A stretch of DNA of 45,684 bases from Puniceicoccales bacterium (GTDB lineage: Bacteria > Verrucomicrobiota > Verrucomicrobiia > Opitutales > UBA9783). Under the pieces are notes generated by a model. That model was not told the DNA's origin. It did not search any database and saw only the letters and a program-made list of their open reading frames with translations. The translations under genes and the position numbers were made by a program. The DNA is taken from the NCBI GenBank assembly GCA_031260015.1, contig JAIRKR010000054.1, forward strand, positions 1 through 45,684. The letters are read 5' to 3'. Below, piece by piece: positions 17,901-27,591 of the stretch (position 1 is its first letter; each line of letters starts with the position of its first letter).

Positions 17901-17937
17901 GGATTGCAACGCTCATATTTTGAAAATTGTACGCTAA
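14935..17937 (+). CDS. Nucleotidyltransferase-like domain fused to L-glutamine kinase (Cj1418-like PEP-utilising/PPDK family)
   Basis: N-terminal IILGAG...YGD domain; ATP-grasp motifs VRSSSLQED, NAGRF and DIEFA...FQVRP; GIMPDWNPAEIVG; YGHLRPGTYDI; phospho-His domain ADPGFDWIF...NSHMAIR. Start is 14935 or 14944. Confidence 0.9.
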   Translation: MVNMGVFQQQVIILGAGKSKQFLENPSIIHVDQDTRTLDWLLNAFDKTITHYLFVGGYKMDEITHYYPYLHFVINPIWKHSGCIESLRLSDFDPQLPAFVCYGDILVRPELIQKILQTVQQGNMDVIFALDSDPKTIEAKPDCEYIDCNFNGSDRRQNFIGLIYLKPNVLQQLKNNFPSGSTHQRLSSLLPYLLQNKFNIQMVDAHGLWVEVQQPSDVARFILTTKAQTLHTLRHRITKAKIAEQIHFSVQEWQNNRQTILDILKQTFGEKLLVVRSSSLQEDGFLKANAGRFTSVADVQNNDTDLTRAVETVIASYGQAMTQEDQILVQAMLQSVDACGVIFTRTLSYGAPYYIVNYDMENTAAITNGTSDSDFIFYHWKTALIPKNAPYFFKDLYEAIQEIEFLTQFDALDIEFAITKTHELYIFQVRPLAAQHLREIDDGQLQKQLQQASKRFEDMQQAHPGISGNRTIFGIMPDWNPAEIVGIKPRTLAITLYQQLITHAIWAQQRYEFGYKNVRPYPLIVCFSGHPYVDVRASIHSFLPANLKQTTIEKLVHYYLSRLSTHPEWHDKLEFMVMPTCYTFDFEDRWRTALTREAGLLEDEFKAYKQDLLRLTQDAFQICAEQYKATASINERFEAIQQVPLSDLDRLYTLFETCKQGTLNFSHLARCGFIASAFLKSALAKNILTEDEKETLLGDIQTITGTFFEETKKVLNGQVPRTHFIHKYGHLRPGTYDITSPAYKTDPDKYLFGHAGQPITTAITSKSTFHNPTFEKALSDTLSVSLETFRHFLQQSIAGREYSKFVFTRYVSEILDILERLGQRYGFSADDVSYLPIATWLDLRNGIASDGKTKRLLRAQIEYQKEYHQVARCIEFPPLILQKSDFFSFFVPKTLPNFIGNQCVEAPLVYLKNSNETNGDSLRHKVVLIEKADPGFDWIFNYEIAGLITVYGGPNSHMAIRSAEFKLPASIGIGNTLFNRLKTAQLVQLDCNAHILKIVR

Positions 17938-18542
17938 TGGCAAAAAAAATAGGCATTACACAACGTGTGGAAACGGTAGAAGCGTACGCTGAAGTGCGCG
18001 ATGCTTTGGATCAGCGTTGGTATCGTCTATTTGCGCCCCTAAATGCCCTATTGATACCAATTCCAAACGCGATAGAAAAGATAGATGTTTACTGCCATGA
18101 ATGCAAGTTGGACGGCTTTGTATTAACCGGAGGTAATCACCATCCTCTGCGCGATCGTTGCGAAAAGAGTGTGCTTGACTACGCCATAAAACGGCAAAAA
18201 CCTGTACTGGGTGTGTGCCACGGCATGCAGTTTATGTCAAAATATTTTAGAGCTCCGTTGGTACTCATAGAAGATAATCATGTGGCCTGCGAACACCCCA
18301 TCACCATTCGGGCAAATCGTTGGGGATTTCCGGAAGGTGTGTGCACGGTTAATTCGTACCATCATCACGCTCTCTCATGCGTACCCACCGACTTTACAGG
18401 CTTTGCATTCGACAAAGACGGTTACTGCGAAGCCATGCAACACAACACACTTCCGTTTGTAACCTGCATGTGGCATCCGGAACGCGATACGTCGCTTCCC
18501 ACGTGGTTTCACACTTTCCTAAAAAAATTATTCCAAACATGA
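17937..18542 (+). CDS. Gamma-glutamyl-CDP-amidate hydrolase-like class I glutamine amidotransferase (Cj1417-like, peptidase C26)
   Basis: IGITQR, RDALDQRW, GVCHG nucleophile, NSYH and WHPE; TAATG coupling at 17935-17939. Confidence 0.9.
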   Translation: MAKKIGITQRVETVEAYAEVRDALDQRWYRLFAPLNALLIPIPNAIEKIDVYCHECKLDGFVLTGGNHHPLRDRCEKSVLDYAIKRQKPVLGVCHGMQFMSKYFRAPLVLIEDNHVACEHPITIRANRWGFPEGVCTVNSYHHHALSCVPTDFTGFAFDKDGYCEAMQHNTLPFVTCMWHPERDTSLPTWFHTFLKKLFQT

Positions 18543-19276
18543 CATCTCCTCAGGTTTTTATTTTATGTGCCGGTGAAGGACAACGGCTACGGCCCCTCAC
18601 CGAAAGTCAACCTAAATGTTGGGTCCCTTACAGAAATAAGCCGCTTTTGCAGTACCAATTGGAAATTATTAAGGCACTGCAATTGAACGATGTTACCCTT
18701 ATCGGAGGCTATCGGCATGAAGTTTTGCCCAATACGTATGCAAAAATTGTCAATGTACGCTACACAGAAACCAATATGCTGTACAGTTTGTTCTGTGCAG
18801 AAAGTAGGATGGATGCATCGCGCGATATGATTATTGCCTACGGTGACATCATTTATCACGCATCTGTTTTAAAGACATTGCTGGAAGCGCACGATCCCAT
18901 CGCAATTGTAACGGATATAGATTGGGAACGCTACTGGAAAAATCGCATGGAAGATCCTTTACAAGATGCAGAAACGTTTCGCTGGGATTCCCATACACGT
19001 CGTATTTTTGAATTGGGCAAGAAACCTCAATTGCAATCCGATATTCAAGGCCAATACATCGGCCTATTTAAAATCAGCGCATCCTACGTGACAACTTTTA
19101 AAACTTTCTATCTTCATTTTTGTCAAACACATGTAAATGCAGAAAAAGCCTACATGACCGATTTTTTGCAGTATCTCATCGATCGGCAACAACCTGCATT
19201 CGGTATTCCCATCCACAACGGATGGGCAGAATTCGATACCGCACAAGATCTGCAAGTGAAAGTTGATTTTTTATGA
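18539..19276 (+). CDS. Cytidylyltransferase, LicC/Cj1416-like
   Basis: ILCAGEGQRLRPLT...PKC, TNMLYSL, YGDI, DPLQDAET, GQYIGL and WAEFDT; ATGA coupling at 18539. Confidence 0.9.
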   Translation: MTSPQVFILCAGEGQRLRPLTESQPKCWVPYRNKPLLQYQLEIIKALQLNDVTLIGGYRHEVLPNTYAKIVNVRYTETNMLYSLFCAESRMDASRDMIIAYGDIIYHASVLKTLLEAHDPIAIVTDIDWERYWKNRMEDPLQDAETFRWDSHTRRIFELGKKPQLQSDIQGQYIGLFKISASYVTTFKTFYLHFCQTHVNAEKAYMTDFLQYLIDRQQPAFGIPIHNGWAEFDTAQDLQVKVDFL

Positions 19277-20574
19277 AACAGTGGACAAAAAACACGATGC
19301 TAGGGATGTTACTCCCATTTTTTTTGATTATTTTTACTTATAATCAAAACCACGGCTATTTTGCAAGCTGCTATGAACTTTTATGGCAGGTAGGTTTAAT
19401 TTTGCTTTCATTACATGCATTTTTATCACTTTTACGCATACCTTATCGTTATACCTGGATTGTATGGATCAGTCTGCTGGTTCCCTTGGGAAACTTATCT
19501 GTTTTTACCGATAATTTCGTTCGTCTTATCATGACGTGTACAGGCTGCTTTATCGTTCGAAAAATACCTAGTTTTAAACTTGCCGTTAGTATGATCGTTT
19601 TATTGTTATGTCTAAACACGTTTCAACTGATACGGCAAAACTTAACTGCCCATCAAGAAGCGCAAGTACATTCATCCGATGTAAAACAATTCAATACCAC
19701 AAAAATCTCCCACAACATTTACTGGATTGTCTGCGATGCATACGTAAGTCGATTCACTTTACAGCGCTATTATAATTACGACAATGCTCCATTTTATGAC
19801 CAACTACAGGCATTGGGATTCAATGCACCTGATGGCCATACTAAGCATTATCCAACACTACGTGCCCTCAATACTTACCTTCAAAATGTTGTTGTCGAAC
19901 ATTCACCTACACTTTCTTCGTTAACACTCCATTATATGTTAAAACAAACTCCGCTGTTCAAGGTTTGTAAAGAACATGGATGGATATTGCACATCTTGGA
20001 ACCTCGATTCCCCTTTTTACGCCATTTAGAAAACATACAACCTTTGGAACCTTTTGTGACAAGCATCCTAAAAGAATTCGTATATACCTGTTTCCATCAT
20101 AACCTGTGGCTCAAAAGTATCCTAAGTAGTAGCCTTAACAAAGACTTGTTCGCTCGCCACCAACGCATCAATAAAAAAATGCTGCACATAATTCCCAAAA
20201 GCGATTCCAAACATTTTTACTATATTCACATAGATTGTCCACATGCACCTTTCATCTTGCATGCAGATGGATCATTCAACGATGACCGAGATTCCGTTAT
20301 TTGGGGTGCAAATGAGGTTAGTCCATCAGGATATACCGCGGAAACGTATCAGAAAAGGTACGTCAATCAAGTGCAAGCACTCAACAGCAAACTTATTGCT
20401 TGGTTGCAATATATCATTCATGTTGACCCTGAAGCGACGATAATACTTCAAGGGGATCACGGAACTTTCATGACATCTCAAGAAGAGGAACATCAAGCTT
20501 TACTATTTGCGGTACGCACAAAACAAACACGCGCCTCATTACGCCCAGAAACGATTTTAAAAACACTTTTATAA
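19273..20574 (+). CDS. Membrane protein with extracytoplasmic sulfatase-like (alkaline phosphatase superfamily) domain
   Basis: About 5 N-terminal hydrophobic segments, NIYWIVCDAY, PHAPF and IILQGDHG; ATGA-coupled to the cytidylyltransferase. Confidence 0.8.
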   Translation: MKQWTKNTMLGMLLPFFLIIFTYNQNHGYFASCYELLWQVGLILLSLHAFLSLLRIPYRYTWIVWISLLVPLGNLSVFTDNFVRLIMTCTGCFIVRKIPSFKLAVSMIVLLLCLNTFQLIRQNLTAHQEAQVHSSDVKQFNTTKISHNIYWIVCDAYVSRFTLQRYYNYDNAPFYDQLQALGFNAPDGHTKHYPTLRALNTYLQNVVVEHSPTLSSLTLHYMLKQTPLFKVCKEHGWILHILEPRFPFLRHLENIQPLEPFVTSILKEFVYTCFHHNLWLKSILSSSLNKDLFARHQRINKKMLHIIPKSDSKHFYYIHIDCPHAPFILHADGSFNDDRDSVIWGANEVSPSGYTAETYQKRYVNQVQALNSKLIAWLQYIIHVDPEATIILQGDHGTFMTSQEEEHQALLFAVRTKQTRASLRPETILKTLL

Positions 20575-20589
20575 GAGAATAATGCCCCT

Positions 20590-21825
20590 ATGAAATTATT
20601 TGTACTGTTTTGTTTATCATTATGGTTTTTCGATACCTTAATAAAAAGAAAACTTGCAAAAAATGGTCTATATTTGTTGGAATTTCCTCCGATAGATAAA
20701 AAGCTGGTAGCGAAATTTACAACCTTTGATGCACAATTAGGTTGGGTACCAACACCTAATTCTCGCAAAAAAGATAATTCAGGCACTTATACAGGCTTAC
20801 CTTCTGCAAATGAATATTCTATCGATTCTTACGGAAGTCGTTCACTGACTGTTCCTTTTGAACGAGGCTTTATTTCAACATATGGTGATTCATTTTGTTT
20901 ATGTCGCGAAGTTCCGGATGATTCTAGTTTTCAGGCATTCTTGTCTCAACAAACTCGCTCTTATGTGAGCAATTATGGAGTTGGTAACTATGGCTTAGAT
21001 CAAGCTCTTTTAAGACTGGAAATGCAATTTTTAAAAGATCCTACGAAACATGTTGTTATGGCAATTACTCCGTGGACCATAGAACGTATTGTAAGTGTAT
21101 GGAAACATTATTCGGAACCCGGTAATGTGTTGGGAGCGAAACCAAGATTTATTTTATACAATAACACTTTAAAATTGGTTCCAAATTTTATCCGACAACC
21201 CAGTGACTTTTTGACGATAAAACAACATAAAACATTTCTACGAAAAAACGATGAAAATTACAAATGGTTTTTGGTATCAAAAAGGAAACAAAAAACTTCA
21301 GCACTGTGGCATTTAGCCACTCATAAATCTTTGATGGATTTCATTCTTAAAAGAGCAAATTACGACATCGCTCGACTTACAAAACAAAATATTCAAAAAA
21401 TAGACCAAAAGAAACAAGAATTTTTGCAAGTAGCCAAACTTTATATACAAGAACAAACACGATTAAAAACCATTTACTTAGCTCATTTGTTTGAGAAACA
21501 AAAACAACTGTTGGTTCATCTTATGGGACGTTTTGTCGATTTTGCTAAAACGCATCAATTCATTCCTCATTTGTTGATATTACCTGCTTACGATCACGTA
21601 ACATTTATGAAGGAAGGCAAACTTCTTTATCAAAATAACCTGCAATGGATCCCCAAAGCATGTCCAACATTAGTTATCACTGACATGTATGAATGCTGGA
21701 AACAGATGAGTACCGAAACTTTCAATAGGCTGTATGTTGATATATTTGGCCATCATAGTATACTAGGAAATCAACACATCGCAAACGTTTTATTAAAGAA
21801 AATTTCAGCTACCTCATCACTTTAA
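20590..21825 (+). CDS. Membrane-anchored SGNH/GDSL-fold protein
   Basis: N-terminal hydrophobic segment, YGDSF, NYGVGNYGLDQA and C-terminal D...HHSILGN. Confidence 0.75.
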   Translation: MKLFVLFCLSLWFFDTLIKRKLAKNGLYLLEFPPIDKKLVAKFTTFDAQLGWVPTPNSRKKDNSGTYTGLPSANEYSIDSYGSRSLTVPFERGFISTYGDSFCLCREVPDDSSFQAFLSQQTRSYVSNYGVGNYGLDQALLRLEMQFLKDPTKHVVMAITPWTIERIVSVWKHYSEPGNVLGAKPRFILYNNTLKLVPNFIRQPSDFLTIKQHKTFLRKNDENYKWFLVSKRKQKTSALWHLATHKSLMDFILKRANYDIARLTKQNIQKIDQKKQEFLQVAKLYIQEQTRLKTIYLAHLFEKQKQLLVHLMGRFVDFAKTHQFIPHLLILPAYDHVTFMKEGKLLYQNNLQWIPKACPTLVITDMYECWKQMSTETFNRLYVDIFGHHSILGNQHIANVLLKKISATSSL

Positions 21826-21839
21826 AACTACGTACTACC

Positions 21840-22270
21840 TCTAGCATTTTTTACCAATCAGTGGCGCTATTCTCTTGCGGAAAATAATGAATTTCAAATG
21901 TATCGCGATTTGAAAACATTGTACCGTCTAACGTTTTCATTTTACGATCCGGCGGTACGCGCCGTCCTTTTAAAGCGCGTTTTGGAAACATTTGGTACGC
22001 TAACAAACCTACCCACACGCCCACAAGATATTACGCAAGGGATTACCTACCACTTTATGCACGATGTGCTTCAAGAAAAAGTACTCAAACAAATATTTGT
22101 GTAAAAAACCGGAAATGCTTGAAAAGCTGACAAGTGGTATCTAAAAATCTACTTAAATTGAGATACATAGTTTTCTCCCAGCGTCCCCAAGCTGAGCTAA
22201 AAAAGTACTACTTCCACCAAGAAATTAGAAAACCTCTGATGTTGAAACAACAAAGCCAACTTTTGTAACC
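21840..22270 (+). pseudogene. Probable decayed gene fragment(s), family not recognised
   Basis: Protein-like 68-aa ORF 21898..22104 with an open upstream extension and no credible start, followed by further coding-like sequence. Confidence 0.3.
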
Positions 22271-22285
22271 GTGCAACTTCTAGAT

Positions 22286-22435
22286 TTACTCTTTTGGTTT
22301 ACCGACAAACAACCGTTTGACAAAGCCAAATAATTTCGCAAACGAATTACGAAAAAACCAAACAACGGTTAAACACCCTGCAATAAGCGATTGAACCACC
22401 AATCCTCCCAATCCGGGATCTATATAAGCTATCAT
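22286..22435 (-). CDS. 49-aa single-pass membrane microprotein of the Y[IL]DPG type
   Basis: ATG 22435: MIAYIDPGLGGLVVQSLIAGCLTVVWFFRNSFAKLFGFVKRLFVGKPKE (motif, TM helix, basic amphipathic tail). Confidence 0.8.
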   Translation of the reverse strand: MIAYIDPGLGGLVVQSLIAGCLTVVWFFRNSFAKLFGFVKRLFVGKPKE

Positions 22436-22607
22436 GAGAATGTTTTTACAGTATAACTCAGATTGTTCAAGCAAAATGTATATTGTTTTGTTGCAACACC
22501 TAATGGTAATGTATTCCATACTAGGTTTAAAATATTAATGCATATGTTTTACTATTTTATTTGTTTTTATCATTTTGTTTTAAAAAAATTCTGCTGTAAA
22601 AACTAGC

Positions 22608-23657
22608 ATGAATTTTATCTGCAGTTGCCTCTGGGCTATTGGGGTTCCATGTTACATGTTTATTACGAATGGTAATGCTTTCGTTTTTAAACATTTACTT
22701 GCACTGTGTTGCATGTTCATACTACTGAACTATACTTTTGCACTATGCTTAAGAAGGTTTGAAAAAGATAAAAGCAGACACTATCTAATGCTTGCTGTGG
22801 CATGGATTGTTTTCTGGTTTAGTCTACCATGTGCACGTTGTATAAAAGATTGCATTCCTGTACTTTCATCATGGTTTGGAAAATACAAATGGGGGCTACT
22901 ATTGGCGTTTTCCCTATTTTTTCTGTCAGCATGCATCTTATTGTTCAAAAAAATGCGTGAACGTCGGATAAACAACATTTTACGTCTGTTAAACGCGTTT
23001 ATTATTGTCACGTATATCTTGTGTACAGTACGATGGGTTACTTATAATATATCAAATGCTCAAGATAACAACCAACCTCCAATTATCGCAATAAAGAACA
23101 ATCGTCTACCTAATATTTATCACGTTTTACTGGATGAGTATACCAATGAAAATACTCTAAAAAAAATTGGATACAATGACAGTTATTTTCTGCAATCTTT
23201 GGAACAGTATGGCTTTTTAGTTTTTAGAAACTCACGTTCAAACTATTTTAACACATCAAATTCCGTTACCAGTATGCTGAACATGCGTTATTTAATGGAT
23301 AACGAAGAAATGAATTTAAACGCTCTGGATTTATTGGTTAAAAAAAATAAAGTATTTGCAACACTTTTAAAATTATCGTAATACGATGACAATGAACTCA
23401 AGCCTATTATCATTTTACATGGGGATCATGGGTTCATGAATATTTGCGTTGGCAAAAATCATCCGTTGGTAGATGCGGATAGTATATTTGGTAATTTATT
23501 TGCAATTTACATACCGCAAGAGTGGCGAGAGGACGCAAAAAATCTCCAATTCATCAATCTTTACCGCTTTATTTTCAATCATCTATTCAAGATAGATTAC
23601 CCATACTTAGAGCAACAGCAAATATACAAAGGTAAACCGTATGTTCCAGCACAGTAA
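22608..23657 (+). pseudogene. Membrane sulfatase-like protein with an in-frame stop and a large internal deletion
   Basis: LPNIYHVLLDEY in 22608..23381. After TAA the same frame reads YDDNELKPIIILHGDHG...INLYRFIFN. The PHxP-containing middle section seen in the 31383 paralog is missing. Confidence 0.85.
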
Positions 23658-23709
23658 GCTCGATATTTTTCTTCTTGTAAAAATTAAAAAATAGATAAAA
23701 GTAATTGGT

Positions 23710-24921
23710 GTGATACAGTGTAAAATTTGTAACCGAGAGATTCAACTCATAATTTCTTTTGGAAAAATGCCTATAGCCAATGGTTTTTTAAATGCAGAGG
23801 ATTTCCATCAAGAATATTTTTTTGAATTGGCATGTGGATTTTGCGAACATTGTAAAACATTTCAGCTATTACATCAGCCAGACCGATCACAGATGTTTCA
23901 TGAACAGTACGCTTTCTACACCGCAACATCAAAGCATATGTCAGAACATTTCGAGGTAATGGCTTTAAATTATATTCAACATTGGCTGGTCACCCAAAAG
24001 GATCCTTTTGTAGTCGAATTAGGAAGTAACGATGGTACCATGTTGAAGCACTTCACCAAACGTGGCATTCGACATTTAGGTATTGAAGCTTCGCAGAACG
24101 TAGCCGAAATTGCCAAAAAAAATGGCGTTGAAACAAAGTGTTGTTTTTTCAACGATACGACAGCGAAAGAAATCCAACAAAGCTATGGTAAAGCCGACCT
24201 TATTTCTGTGGCCAACGTTCATTTTTCCAATATGGGTGAGGTGGCCAGGGGTATTGCGCTGCTTTTAAAGGACGATGGAATATTTGTCTTTGAAAATCCG
24301 TACATAGGTAACGTTATTCAAAATGTTGCTTACGACCAAATTTATGACGAACATTCTTTTATTTTTGGATTGAATTCTGTCAGTTATATTTTTGGATGTG
24401 AGGAGTTGGACGTTTTTCATGTGGAGACACAAGAAACGCACGGAGGGTCGATGCGCTACTATTTATGTCACAAAGGAGCACACAACAAGCGTTCAAGTGT
24501 AACAGAACTACTGCATCAGGAAAATGATGTTTTGTGCTTAAACCGCATGGAAATATATAGAACATTTGCCAAAAATTGTGAACGGCAAAAGCAGGAGTTG
24601 GTTGCCTTATTAAAAAAGTTAAAAGCAGAAGGTAAAAGTGTTGTAGGATACGCTGCAACTGCTAAAAGTACAACAGTGTTAAATTATTGTGGTATGGGTC
24701 CAGAACTTATTCCCTGTATATATGACACAACTCCGATTAAACAAGGCAAGTATTCACCCGGTATGCACATACCGATTAAACCTTACACTATTGATTGGTA
24801 TAAAAAAGTTGACTGTGCTATATTATTTGCCTGGAATCATGCAAAAGAAATTTTTGACAAGGAGTCTGAATTTACAAAAAATGGAGGCCAATGGATTTTA
24901 TCCACATCTTGCTTGCAATAA
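23710..24921 (+). CDS. NDP-hexose C-methyltransferase (Zn-binding, TcaB9/NovU-like)
   Basis: CKIC...CEHC, VELGSNDG, YDQIYDEH, THGGSMR, GYAATAKST and FAWNHAKEI. Confidence 0.92.
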   Translation: MIQCKICNREIQLIISFGKMPIANGFLNAEDFHQEYFFELACGFCEHCKTFQLLHQPDRSQMFHEQYAFYTATSKHMSEHFEVMALNYIQHWLVTQKDPFVVELGSNDGTMLKHFTKRGIRHLGIEASQNVAEIAKKNGVETKCCFFNDTTAKEIQQSYGKADLISVANVHFSNMGEVARGIALLLKDDGIFVFENPYIGNVIQNVAYDQIYDEHSFIFGLNSVSYIFGCEELDVFHVETQETHGGSMRYYLCHKGAHNKRSSVTELLHQENDVLCLNRMEIYRTFAKNCERQKQELVALLKKLKAEGKSVVGYAATAKSTTVLNYCGMGPELIPCIYDTTPIKQGKYSPGMHIPIKPYTIDWYKKVDCAILFAWNHAKEIFDKESEFTKNGGQWILSTSCLQ

Positions 24922-24951
24922 TAATACAATAAAACAAAAAAAGGAAAATTT

Positions 24952-25682
24952 ATGACATTTAATCGAGAAGAATTTGAGAAAGAAAAGTCTGCGTGTTTAT
25001 TGCGACAAAATCAAGATAAAGAACTGCAAACAAGTATTTTCAACTTTATAACCAAAATTGATAAATATAATTACGAGTATCAATGGACATGGATGGGAAT
25101 ACCTATCATTAAAATGCCTGAGGATATTATTCTGACACAGCAAATCATTTACGATACTAAACCGGATTACATCATTGAAACGGGTATTGCGTGGGGAGGT
25201 AGTGTTGTATACTACGCTTCTTTGTTACAATTACTTGGGAATGGTGAAATTATTGCAATAGATACCATTTTGCCGAAAAAAATATCGATAAGATTATGGC
25301 GTATTCTTTTTCAAATCGTATTCATTTATTAGAAGGATCTTCCACAGATGTGACCATTTTTGAGAAAGTAAAATCATTGATAAAACCGAATATAAAGATA
25401 ATGCTTATATTGGATAGTAATCATACACACGAACACGTTTATAATGAACTTAATTTGTATTCTCCTCTTGTATCACCAGGCCAATATATCATTGTAGAAG
25501 ATACTTTGGTAGAACATATCCCCCATCAGACACACCGACAACGTCCTTGGGGACATGGAAACAATCCTTACACGGCAGTAAAGCAATTCTTACTGGAGAA
25601 TAAAAACTTTTCCAACGACAATAAGTATAATAAGACATGTTTGATCTCTTGCAGTAAAGATGGATACGTTGTACGTGTATAA
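24952..25682 (+). pseudogene. CmcI (cephalosporin hydroxylase-like / sugar O-methyltransferase) family protein, frameshifted
   Basis: WMGIPIIKMPED, KPDYIIETGIAWGGS and LDSNHTHEHV..EL are split over two ORFs; one extra A in the A7 run at 25276-25282 restores the frame. Confidence 0.88.
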
Positions 25683-25736
25683 ATAGGAAAGATTCCACTC
25701 TCTATTGAAAATTGTAAAAAAATAAGTTTAGTATTC

Positions 25737-26657
25737 ATGCCTGAAAGTATTATAGTCACAGGAGCTTCGGGATTTATTGGGAAAGCTTTTGTACAGGCAA
25801 TACTCGAAAGATCAGAAAATACAGAAAAGTTTATTTGCATTTATAATACAAATCATCCTCAACTCCATTCACCTTACATCCAATGGATTCAATGCGATTT
25901 ATTTAATCCTCAATCTACCGCACGTGTTTTTAAAGAATATAAGCCGACAAAGATGTTACACCTAGCCTGGGATGTTAAGCCAAATGAATTTTGGACATCC
26001 AAAAAAAATTTGGATTGGCTAAGTGTAAGCTTAAAATTATTTGAGCTGTTTTGTAAAAATGGAGGAGAAGTTTTTGTTACTACAGGGAGTCTGGCTGAGC
26101 ATGACTTAACTCAAATTGATTTAAATGAGAACACCTTACACGCAAATCCTAACACGTTATATGGCCAAAGTAAGGCAAGCTTAAGAGAATTACTTTTTCA
26201 TTTAAGGAATTGTTACTATCCTAACAGCATTATCGTATGGGCAAGAATTGGGTGGTTTTTTGGAGAAAATGAACCCAAAGAAAAGTTGTTTTCAACCATT
26301 GTCACAAATATTCTAAAAAAGCGTCCCATTAATTTAGTCGGGAGGTCAATCTACCGACCCTATGCACATATAAAATACGCAGGAAGAATTTTGTTACAGT
26401 GTTTAAATTTGGCAGAAGATTGCATTTTTAATTTATCAGGCACCGAGCAAATTGAAATAGAAGAAATCATCAAATATGTATCTTCTTTCTTCGATAAACC
26501 TTATACTATTACCTATAGAGATAAATTCCTTCATCAAACGCCCGCAAAATATAATATTACAACGTTGACACTTCAAAAATATTGGCCAAATGTTTTTCAC
26601 AATACGTTTGTGGAAGACTTAAAAAATTTTGTAAACATAAACTCGAAAATAGCATAA
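25737..26657 (+). CDS. NAD-dependent epimerase/dehydratase family; probable NDP-4-keto-sugar reductase
   Basis: VTGASGFIG, HLAW and YGQSK. Confidence 0.88.
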   Translation: MPESIIVTGASGFIGKAFVQAILERSENTEKFICIYNTNHPQLHSPYIQWIQCDLFNPQSTARVFKEYKPTKMLHLAWDVKPNEFWTSKKNLDWLSVSLKLFELFCKNGGEVFVTTGSLAEHDLTQIDLNENTLHANPNTLYGQSKASLRELLFHLRNCYYPNSIIVWARIGWFFGENEPKEKLFSTIVTNILKKRPINLVGRSIYRPYAHIKYAGRILLQCLNLAEDCIFNLSGTEQIEIEEIIKYVSSFFDKPYTITYRDKFLHQTPAKYNITTLTLQKYWPNVFHNTFVEDLKNFVNINSKIA

Positions 26658-27538
26658 TGACGGAAAATTCAACAATGTGGGATGAAATTTGTAAAAACAC
26701 TTTTCAAACTTGGGATATAACGACGTTTCGTAATAACGGTCCTAATAATCGTTTAGTGACATACAATCCAAAATCACACGGTGTGCTTTTTCTTAAAACG
26801 ATTTTATGGCAGTGCGTTCGTTCTATGAATAATCATGAACGTAGTCTATTAGGGAAGATCAAAAATCGAGCATTTGGACGGCCGATAAGCATAAAATATG
26901 ATGAAAATATGGAAGTTGACCTCGATTACATTTTATGTATAAAGGAACTATGCTTTTTGGAAGAATACTTAACAAAAATATGTTCTGTCATAGAAATCGG
27001 GGGGGGGTACGGAAGGACGGCTCATGGGATGTTGAGTTTATTTCCAAACATAAAAACATATTACATCATCGATTTGCAACCTGTGCTAATGCTAGCTAAA
27101 CAATTTCTAGAACATGTGCTTCCCAAAAGTCTTCTTAAAAAGATCTTTTTTATCCCCGTGCAATCATTTAATCCCTTAAATATTCAAGCAGATCTTTGTA
27201 TTAACATAAATTCTATGCAAGAAATGCCAAAATGTGTAGTTAAAGAATATTTATTGTTTATTGACAAACAGTGCAAGTATTTTTATTCCAATAACACGAT
27301 CGGTAAATTTCTGCCATCAATGGGTGGATTTGAAGAGGTTTTATCTTCAGAAAAAGCCATCCAATCTGGAATTCTAAAAAAATATCTTAATATCTTTTCA
27401 GACAAAGAACGTCAACTTGCACAAAAAGAATTCTTAGAAGCATTTAAACCCTCAACTCGTTGGACATGTTTGAAACATGCAGAATGCGTCCCGTGGCCTC
27501 ATTATTATCAGGCTTTATATGAGAATCACATAAAATAA
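26657..27538 (+). CDS. Putative sugar O-methyltransferase
   Basis: EIGGGYGRTA, YYIIDL and DLCININSMQEM; ATG 26657 is coupled by TAATG. Confidence 0.8.
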   Translation: MTENSTMWDEICKNTFQTWDITTFRNNGPNNRLVTYNPKSHGVLFLKTILWQCVRSMNNHERSLLGKIKNRAFGRPISIKYDENMEVDLDYILCIKELCFLEEYLTKICSVIEIGGGYGRTAHGMLSLFPNIKTYYIIDLQPVLMLAKQFLEHVLPKSLLKKIFFIPVQSFNPLNIQADLCININSMQEMPKCVVKEYLLFIDKQCKYFYSNNTIGKFLPSMGGFEEVLSSEKAIQSGILKKYLNIFSDKERQLAQKEFLEAFKPSTRWTCLKHAECVPWPHYYQALYENHIK

Positions 27539-27591
27539 AATTAGCAAATTGTCCAAACGTTGCGCATTATGTTTTATTATTATTAAAAAAT

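Noticed and set aside
14935-17937. Phosphonate pathway or PEP synthase/PPDK assignment
   Set aside because: No PEP mutase motif and no C-terminal pyruvate-binding barrel; motifs and neighbours match the Cj1418 type.
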